Positions 11,316 to 17,631 of a stretch of 27,351 nucleotides of DNA are shown piece after piece. Below the pieces are notes generated by a model. That model had not been told where the DNA came from. It did not search any database and saw only the letters and a program-made list of their open reading frames with translations. Numbering within the stretch: position 1 is the first letter of the stretch; each line of letters opens with the position of its first letter. The stretch comes from a bacterium. Its GTDB lineage: Bacteria > DUMJ01. The translations under genes and the position numbers were made by a program. The stretch is from the NCBI GenBank assembly GCA_049970495.1, contig JBMFMV010000020.1, positions 1 to 27,351 on the forward strand, given 5' to 3'.

Positions 11316-12049
11316 ATGTGGCTATAGATTTGCACATTCATACCCTATTATCCCCCTGTGCTGGGATAGAGATGATCCCTATAAATATAGTAAGGAGAGC
11401 TTTAGAGTTAGGAATTGATATGATTGCCATCACAGATCATAATGCGGTGGGTAATGTGTTAAGCGTGATGAAATGTGCCGATAGATATGCGCCGGGATTA
11501 AAAGTCCTGCCAGGAATAGAGATTACATCTAGAGAGGAGGTACATATATTAGGCATATTACCTACTGTAAAGTCAGCAATAGAGCTGGAATCCATAATAC
11601 ATGAGCACTTAAGTGATGCTCCAAGTAAGAATTACTTTTCTGAACAATTAATTGTCGATGAAGAAGCTAACTTTATTAGATATGAGGAACATTTTTTATT
11701 AGGCTCCACCGATTTCTCTGTAGAAGATATCTCAGAACTAATCCATTCATTTGATGGATTAGTTATCCCTGCCCATATAGATAGAAGGTCTTTTGGTCTC
11801 ATATATACCTTGGGATTTTTTCCACCAGACCTTGAAGTCGATGCCGTTGAAGTCTCTAAGTTTACTACAAAAGAAGATCTGGAGGAGATTAAGGGTTCTA
11901 TCCCTTATAATATTCCTATTATATTTTCAAGCGATGCCCATTTTTTAGACGATTTTATTAGACCAAAGACTTTTTTAGATTTAAAAGAGAAGACTTTTGA
12001 TGCCTTAAAAGATGCTTTAAAGCATTATAAGTCTTATAAAGATTGTTAA
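11312..12049 (+). CDS. PHP-domain metal-dependent phosphoesterase
   Basis: Metal-ligand motifs DLHIHT, ITDHN, GIEI, EVH, PAH and SSDAH. Confidence 0.9.
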   Translation: MNVAIDLHIHTLLSPCAGIEMIPINIVRRALELGIDMIAITDHNAVGNVLSVMKCADRYAPGLKVLPGIEITSREEVHILGILPTVKSAIELESIIHEHLSDAPSKNYFSEQLIVDEEANFIRYEEHFLLGSTDFSVEDISELIHSFDGLVIPAHIDRRSFGLIYTLGFFPPDLEVDAVEVSKFTTKEDLEEIKGSIPYNIPIIFSSDAHFLDDFIRPKTFLDLKEKTFDALKDALKHYKSYKDC

Positions 12050-12060
12050 AGGAGGACGGT

Positions 12061-12522
12061 ATGGATTCTGTACAGAAGAGAGTTGTAGACGAGATAATAT
12101 CAAACTGGAAGGGAAGACCCGGAGCTTTAATGCCTGTGCTTCAAGAGATTCAAGAAAGAATTGGGTATCTCCCGACGGAAGCTATGGAGGAGGTCTCTAA
12201 AAGATTAAACATCCCTCTTACCGAAATATATGGTGTGGCAACATTTTATCATTTCTTCTCCTTAAAGCCTAAGGGAAAGTACAAAATACAGGTATGTGAA
12301 GGGACAGCCTGTTATGTTAAGGGGGCAAAGAGAGTCCTAGAGAAGTTTGAAGAGGTATTAGGCATAAAGGTTGGAGAAGTGACCCCAGATGGTAAATTCT
12401 CTGTTGAGAGCGTAAGATGTATAGGTGCCTGCAGCCATGCCCCGGCCATTATGATAAATGACCAGGTCTATGGACGTATGAATTCAGAGAAGGTATTACA
12501 AATTATAAAGTCACTCAAATGA
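12061..12522 (+). CDS. hydC: HydC/NuoE-like [2Fe-2S] subunit
   Basis: LQEIQERIGYLP, GVATFY, CEGTAC...CIGAC. ATG 12061 follows the AAAGGAGG SD and is preferred over TTG 12043. Confidence 0.88.
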   Translation: MDSVQKRVVDEIISNWKGRPGALMPVLQEIQERIGYLPTEAMEEVSKRLNIPLTEIYGVATFYHFFSLKPKGKYKIQVCEGTACYVKGAKRVLEKFEEVLGIKVGEVTPDGKFSVESVRCIGACSHAPAIMINDQVYGRMNSEKVLQIIKSLK

Positions 12523-13061
12523 TGGAAGAACTCTCCTTACATATCTTGGACATAGCTGAAAATAGTGTAAATGCAAAGGCTACTAAGATAGATATTGAGA
12601 TAGATATTAATAAAAAAGAAAATCTTATAACGATGAAAGTGATTGATAATGGTAAAGGGATGGATGAAGAGACGTTAAAGAGTGTCAGGGACCCCTTTTT
12701 TACAACAAAAACTACCCGTAAGGTTGGACTAGGCATATCCTTTTTAGATGAGATAGCAGAGCTTACAGGTGGAAGTTTGGAGATAGAATCTAAACCTGGT
12801 ATTGGCACTATGATTTGTTTGAGACTTCCACTTGACCATCCAGATAGACCTCCCTTAGGAGATATTGTCTCTACCCTTATAACTCTTTCAGTGACTAACC
12901 CTGATGTTCATTTCTACTATAAAGAAACTCGTAATGGAGATGTGTGGACATTTGACTCTGAAGATATAGAGGACCTACTAGGAGATTATGCCTTATTAGG
13001 CAAAGTAAAAGAATTATTGTATAATAATTACAAAGAATTTACTGGAGGTGAACTACTTTGA
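12519..13061 (+). CDS. Stand-alone histidine-kinase-like (HATPase_c/GHKL) ATPase
   Basis: ELSLHILDIAENS N-box, DNGKG, DPFFTTK, GLGI and GT. No sensor or dimerisation/phosphoacceptor domain. Confidence 0.85.
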   Translation: MMEELSLHILDIAENSVNAKATKIDIEIDINKKENLITMKVIDNGKGMDEETLKSVRDPFFTTKTTRKVGLGISFLDEIAELTGGSLEIESKPGIGTMICLRLPLDHPDRPPLGDIVSTLITLSVTNPDVHFYYKETRNGDVWTFDSEDIEDLLGDYALLGKVKELLYNNYKEFTGGELL

Positions 13062-13429
13062 AGTCTTTAGAGGATTTGAAACGAATAAGAGAACGAGCAC
13101 AAGCCCAGATAAGGCTTAGAACACAAGAGTCTAATACAAAGATAATTGTAGGTATGGGAACATGTGGAATAGCTGCCGGAGCAAGAGAGACCCTGATGGC
13201 TATCTTGGATGAATTATCCAAGAGAAATATACAAGATGTAGTAGTTACACAAACTGGTTGTGTAGGGCTTTGTGAGTATGAACCATTAGTTAATGTTATA
13301 AAACCAGGACAACCTAAGATTACCTATATGAAAGTGACTCCAGAGAAGGCTAGACAGATAATTGCTAGTCATATAGTGAATGATCAGGTTATAAACGAAT
13401 GGGTATTAAGCACAGAAGAAGGTGCCTAG
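13058..13429 (+). CDS. hydD: HydD/HndB-like thioredoxin-fold [2Fe-2S] ferredoxin subunit
   Basis: VGMGTCGIAAGA..TGCVGLCEYEP. TTG start follows a GGAGGTG SD. Lies between hydC and hydB. Confidence 0.82.
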   Translation: MKSLEDLKRIRERAQAQIRLRTQESNTKIIVGMGTCGIAAGARETLMAILDELSKRNIQDVVVTQTGCVGLCEYEPLVNVIKPGQPKITYMKVTPEKARQIIASHIVNDQVINEWVLSTEEGA

Positions 13430-13430
13430 G

Positions 13431-15242
13431 ATGGCTATAGTCAGAGCCAATGTGCTTATATGTGCTGGAAGTGCTTGTGTATCTTCTAGAGCTTACGAGT
13501 TTAAAGATGCTCTATTAAGGGCATTAGAAGAGGCTGGAATAAGAGAAGAGGTTAATGTGGTAGATACTGGATGCGTAGGAACCTGTGATTTAGGTCCTGT
13601 AGCTATAGTATATCCAGATGATGTATTCTATGTAAGACTAAAACCTGAAGATGCTAAGATGATCGTCAATGAGCATCTTTTAAAAGGTAGAATTGTAAAT
13701 AGGCTCCTTTACCAGGAGCCTATAACTAAAGAGGTATTTCCTTCTCTTTCTGAGATAGATTTTGTTGCAAAGCAGAGACGTATAGTCCTGAGAAACATGG
13801 GAATTATAAATCCAGAGAGTATAGAAGAGTATATAGCAAGAGAGGGATATCAAGCCTTAGCTACTGCTCTTACAATGACACCTGAGGAAGTTATCGACAT
13901 TGTGAAAAGATCAGGATTAAGAGGAAGAGGAGGGGCGGGTTTCTCTACCGGATTAAAGTGGGAGCTTACACGTAAAGCAGTTGGGAGTCCCAAATACGTA
14001 ATATGTAACGGAGATGAGGGAGATCCGGGTGCTTTTATGGATAGAAGCATCCTGGAAGGAGACCCCCATAGTGTAATAGAAGGGATGATGATAGCTGGAT
14101 ATGCAGTTGGAGCTAGTAAAGGTTTCTTCTATGTAAGAGCAGAATATCCACTTGCTATAAAGCGTCTTGAGATAGCTCTTGAACAAGCAAGAAGCTACGG
14201 ACTTATGGGGGAGAATATCTTGGGTACAGACTTTTCATTTGATATAGAACTTAGGAGAGGTTCAGGGGCTTTTGTATGTGGAGAAGAGACTGCCCTTATC
14301 GCTTCTATTGAAGGTAAAAGAGGAGAACCAAGACCTAGACCTCCATATCCAGCAAATAGAGGACTGTGGGGTAAGCCTACTGTTATAAATAATGTAGAGA
14401 CATTAGCTAACGTAGCTCCTATTATACTAAATGGTGCAGAGTGGTTTAGTAGTATAGGAACAGAAAAAAGTAAGGGAACTAAGGTATTTGCCTTAGCTGG
14501 TAAGGTAAATAATACTGGCTTAATAGAAGTCCCCTTTGGCACAACACTAAGGGAGATTATATTTGAAGTTGGTGGAGGTATCCCCGGAGGAAAGAAGTTT
14601 AAGGCTGCCCAAACTGGTGGTCCTTCAGGGGGTTGTATTCCAGCTGATTATCTAGACCTCCCATTAGATTATGAATCTTTAAAACAGATAGGGGCTATTG
14701 TTGGTTCAGGTGGACTCATTATTATGGATGAGGACACCTGTATGGTTGATGTTGCTAGGTTCTTCCTTGAATTTACCCAGAGTGAATCCTGCGGAAAATG
14801 CCCACCCTGTAGGGTAGGGACTAGAAAGATGCTCGATATACTAGAGAGGATTATTAATGGGGAAGGGGAGGAGGGTGATATAGAGAGGCTTATAGAGTTG
14901 GGAAATGAGATAAAACAAGACTCTCTCTGCGGACTCGGGCAGACTGCTCCTAACCCTGTCCTTAGCACTATAAGGTTTTTTAGAGATGAATATGAGGCCC
15001 ATATAAAAGAAAAGAGATGCCCTGCTAAGTCCTGCAGAGCACTTATAGCGTATCAGGTTATACCTGATAAATGTAAAGGTTGTGGAATATGTGCTAGGAT
15101 CTGTCCTGTTGGAGCAGCGCAGGGTAAACCTAGAGAGATTCACTTTATAGATAAAGACTTGTGTATAAAATGTGGAGATTGTTTTGCTAAGTGTCCATTT
15201 GGAGCTATAGAAAAGATAGATATATTTTCTCAAAAAACTTAG
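13431..15242 (+). CDS. hydB: HydB/NuoF-like NADH/FMN-binding diaphorase subunit, electron-bifurcating type
   Basis: N-terminal [2Fe-2S] CAGSAC..GCVGTC, GRGGAGF, CNGDEGDPGAFMDR, GAFVCGEETAL, GGPSGG, SCGKCPPCR..CGLG, H..RCPAKSC and C-terminal 2x[4Fe-4S]. Start is ATG 13431 or GTG 13422. Confidence 0.9.
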   Translation: MAIVRANVLICAGSACVSSRAYEFKDALLRALEEAGIREEVNVVDTGCVGTCDLGPVAIVYPDDVFYVRLKPEDAKMIVNEHLLKGRIVNRLLYQEPITKEVFPSLSEIDFVAKQRRIVLRNMGIINPESIEEYIAREGYQALATALTMTPEEVIDIVKRSGLRGRGGAGFSTGLKWELTRKAVGSPKYVICNGDEGDPGAFMDRSILEGDPHSVIEGMMIAGYAVGASKGFFYVRAEYPLAIKRLEIALEQARSYGLMGENILGTDFSFDIELRRGSGAFVCGEETALIASIEGKRGEPRPRPPYPANRGLWGKPTVINNVETLANVAPIILNGAEWFSSIGTEKSKGTKVFALAGKVNNTGLIEVPFGTTLREIIFEVGGGIPGGKKFKAAQTGGPSGGCIPADYLDLPLDYESLKQIGAIVGSGGLIIMDEDTCMVDVARFFLEFTQSESCGKCPPCRVGTRKMLDILERIINGEGEEGDIERLIELGNEIKQDSLCGLGQTAPNPVLSTIRFFRDEYEAHIKEKRCPAKSCRALIAYQVIPDKCKGCGICARICPVGAAQGKPREIHFIDKDLCIKCGDCFAKCPFGAIEKIDIFSQKT

Positions 15243-15259
15243 AAGGAGGATTTTAAGCT

Positions 15260-16186
15260 ATGGGTGAGAGATTCTATGTCTCTGCTCCTCCTCATATCAA
15301 GTCTAAATATGATGCTAGATATATAATGCATCAGGTAATTATAGCCCTTATTCCTCCTACAGTTGCAGGTATAGTTTTTTTTGGTGGTAGAGCTATTTTA
15401 GTTTTACTCATTTCTGTATTAAGTTCTATCTTTTGGGAAAGGATAATTCTGAAAATAAAAGGAGAGAAGAGACCTCTAGATGGTAGTGAAATAGTGACTG
15501 GACTTCTTCTTGGCTTGAACCTTTCTCCTCTTGTACCTTGGTGGATTCCTGTGATAGGAACATTTGTAGCCATAGTTCTGGCAAAAGAGCTATTTGGTGG
15601 ATTAGGATTCAATATATTCAATCCTGCGCTTATAGCTAGGGCTTTTCTCCTAGTCTCCTGGCCTATGGAGATGACAACGTGGATGTCTCCGTTCAATGGG
15701 ATAACTCAAGCTACACCATTAACATTATTAAAGTTACAACATTCCTATACACCGTATATAAATCTCTTTTTGGGTAATAGGGGGGGATGTATAGGAGAGA
15801 CATCTGTCTTAGCCTTACTTATTGGAGCTGGATATCTCTTCTACAGAGGTGTCATTGATTGGAAGATTCCAATACCGTATGTGCTCACAGTAGGAGTATT
15901 GGCTTTAATCTTTAAGCAGGATCCACTATTCCATATAATGACGGGGGGACTGATTCTCGGTGCCTTCTTTATGGCTACTGATTATACTACTACACCTATA
16001 ACTAAATGCGGAAGAGTGATCTTTGGAATAAGCTGTGGGGTTATTACAATACTTATAAGGCTATTTGGTGGGTATCCTGAAGGGGTCTCTTTTAGTATCC
16101 TCTTTATGAATGCTATGACCCCCTTATTAGATAGATGGACTATACCTAAACCATTTGGGTATAAGACTTTTGGGAGGAACGTATGA
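15260..16186 (+). CDS. rnfD: Rnf electron transport complex subunit D
   Basis: VSAPPHI N-terminus, KELFGGLGFNIFNPAL, covalent-FMN motif ITQATPL, GCIGETS, FFMATDYTT and GGYPEG. Multiple transmembrane segments. Confidence 0.93.
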   Translation: MGERFYVSAPPHIKSKYDARYIMHQVIIALIPPTVAGIVFFGGRAILVLLISVLSSIFWERIILKIKGEKRPLDGSEIVTGLLLGLNLSPLVPWWIPVIGTFVAIVLAKELFGGLGFNIFNPALIARAFLLVSWPMEMTTWMSPFNGITQATPLTLLKLQHSYTPYINLFLGNRGGCIGETSVLALLIGAGYLFYRGVIDWKIPIPYVLTVGVLALIFKQDPLFHIMTGGLILGAFFMATDYTTTPITKCGRVIFGISCGVITILIRLFGGYPEGVSFSILFMNAMTPLLDRWTIPKPFGYKTFGRNV

Positions 16187-16776
16187 AGAGACTGTTGCGT
16201 CCCCTAATTAATGGGATCCTCAGAGAAAATCCAATCTTGGTTCTTATGATAGGACTATGTCCTACCTTGGCGGTATCTAACGCTGCCATAAATGGCATAT
16301 ATATGGGTTTAGCTGCTACTTTTGTTCTAGTAGGGTCCAATTTTATTATCTCAATTATTAGGAAGATTGTTCCTGATCAGATTCGTATACCTATCTTTAT
16401 CACTATTATTGCTACTTTTGTTACTATAGTAGATATGGTTATGCATGCCTTTGTGCCCGATATGTACAAAATCCTCGGAATATTTATCCCACTAATCGTT
16501 GTTAACTGTATAATACTAGGTAGGGCAGAGGCTTTTGCTTATCATTATGGTGTAATAGAATCTATAGGGGATGGGATAGGGATGGGGTTAGGTTTTACTA
16601 TTATCCTAGTAGTTTTGGGGGGGATAAGAGAGCTTTTAGGTAATGGGACGCTCTTTGGGTTACAGGTTATGCCACCAGCTTATAAACCTGTTTTATTGAT
16701 GATATTACCTCCGGGTGCATTTTTGACTATAGGTTTCTTACAAGCTATACAGAGATATAGGGGAGGTGGAGGCTAA
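16183..16776 (+). CDS. rnfE: Rnf electron transport complex subunit E
   Basis: ENP..IGLCPTLAV, IRIP, FIPLIVVNCIILGRAE, IRELLG and LPPGAF. Confidence 0.94.
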   Translation: MKRLLRPLINGILRENPILVLMIGLCPTLAVSNAAINGIYMGLAATFVLVGSNFIISIIRKIVPDQIRIPIFITIIATFVTIVDMVMHAFVPDMYKILGIFIPLIVVNCIILGRAEAFAYHYGVIESIGDGIGMGLGFTIILVVLGGIRELLGNGTLFGLQVMPPAYKPVLLMILPPGAFLTIGFLQAIQRYRGGGG

Positions 16777-16778
16777 AA

Positions 16779-17363
16779 ATGTTGTCACATTTTTTACTCC
16801 TATTTATAGGTGCATTACTAGTAAATAATATCTTACTTATAAGGTTTATTGCCCTATGTTCGTTCTTTGGTGTCTCAAACTCAATGAGTACATCTATTGG
16901 AATGGGGATGGCAGTAACCTTTGTTATGGTTCTCGCCTCTTCTGTGAGCTGGATTTTGTGGCATTTTGTCCTAGTTCCTTTACATCTTGAATTTTTACAG
17001 ATCTCTGCTTTTATCCTTACCATAGCAGCACTTGTGCAGTTCGTTGAATTATTCCTTAAGAAGAATAGCCCTTCCCTCTATAAAGCTATGGGAATTTATC
17101 TTCCACTTATAACTACAAACTGTGCTATCTTAGCTGTGGCTCTTATAAATGTATCAAGCAATTTTAACTTTATAGAATCAATTGTATATTCAATAGGGGT
17201 AAGTGGGGGCTATACCTTGGCAATAGTAATGTTTGCTGGGATAAGAGAGAGGATTGCTATTGCTCCTATACCTAAGGTTTTTCAGGGTTATCCTATTGCA
17301 TTTATAACGGCAAGTCTTATGTCTTTAGCGTTTTTAGGTTTTAAGGGACTATTCGGGTTATAG
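16779..17363 (+). CDS. rnfA: Rnf electron transport complex subunit A
   Basis: LVNN..FIALCSFFGVS, GMGMAVTFV, IAALVQFVE, LPLITTNCA, GIRER and SLAFLGF. Confidence 0.94.
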   Translation: MLSHFLLLFIGALLVNNILLIRFIALCSFFGVSNSMSTSIGMGMAVTFVMVLASSVSWILWHFVLVPLHLEFLQISAFILTIAALVQFVELFLKKNSPSLYKAMGIYLPLITTNCAILAVALINVSSNFNFIESIVYSIGVSGGYTLAIVMFAGIRERIAIAPIPKVFQGYPIAFITASLMSLAFLGFKGLFGL

Positions 17364-17382
17364 AAAGGAGGGGAGATTAGCT

Positions 17383-17619
17383 GTGGGTGAGAATAATGAT
17401 TGGAGATTAGCAGATTTTATTGGTGTAAAGGCTCTAGAAAATGGAGTTACCATAATAGGCCTTACAAGAGGAAAGGAGACCAAAATAAGCCATACTGAAA
17501 AATTAGACGCTGGTGAAGTGATGTTTGCCCAGTTTACTGAGAATGTATCTGCAATAAAGATAGAAGGTAAAGCTGAGATATATACAAAGTTTGGGAAAAT
17601 TACTAGTGGAGACGTTTAA
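17383..17619 (+). CDS. mtrB: trp RNA-binding attenuation protein (TRAP)-like protein with atypical functional residues
   Basis: KALENGVTIIGLTRG..HTEKLDAGEV..AQFTE..SAIK..GKA aligns gap-free with Bacillus MtrB as recalled. GTG start after a GGAG-rich SD. Confidence 0.9.
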   Translation: MGENNDWRLADFIGVKALENGVTIIGLTRGKETKISHTEKLDAGEVMFAQFTENVSAIKIEGKAEIYTKFGKITSGDV

Positions 17620-17631
17620 GGAGGAATCCTA

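Noticed and set aside
8400..13430. Rex operator (TTGTGAA-N4-TTCACAA) controlling the hyd/rnf genes
   Set aside because: No convincing match was seen by eye and there is no intergenic space.
12061..15242. Respiratory complex I (nuoE/nuoF) call
   Set aside because: No other nuo subunits are present, and the extra N- and C-terminal FeS domains plus hydD and the regulatory cassette indicate HydC/HydB.
15243..16186. Pseudogene remnants of hydA, rnfC or rnfG at the junctions
   Set aside because: The junctions are 17 nt and a 4-nt overlap, so there is no sequence left to be a remnant.
15260..17363. Na+-NQR (nqrB/nqrD/nqrE) call
   Set aside because: The short 308-aa subunit with an SAPPHI N-terminus and the E/A motifs fit RnfD/E/A better. 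No nqrA, nqrC or nqrF is present.
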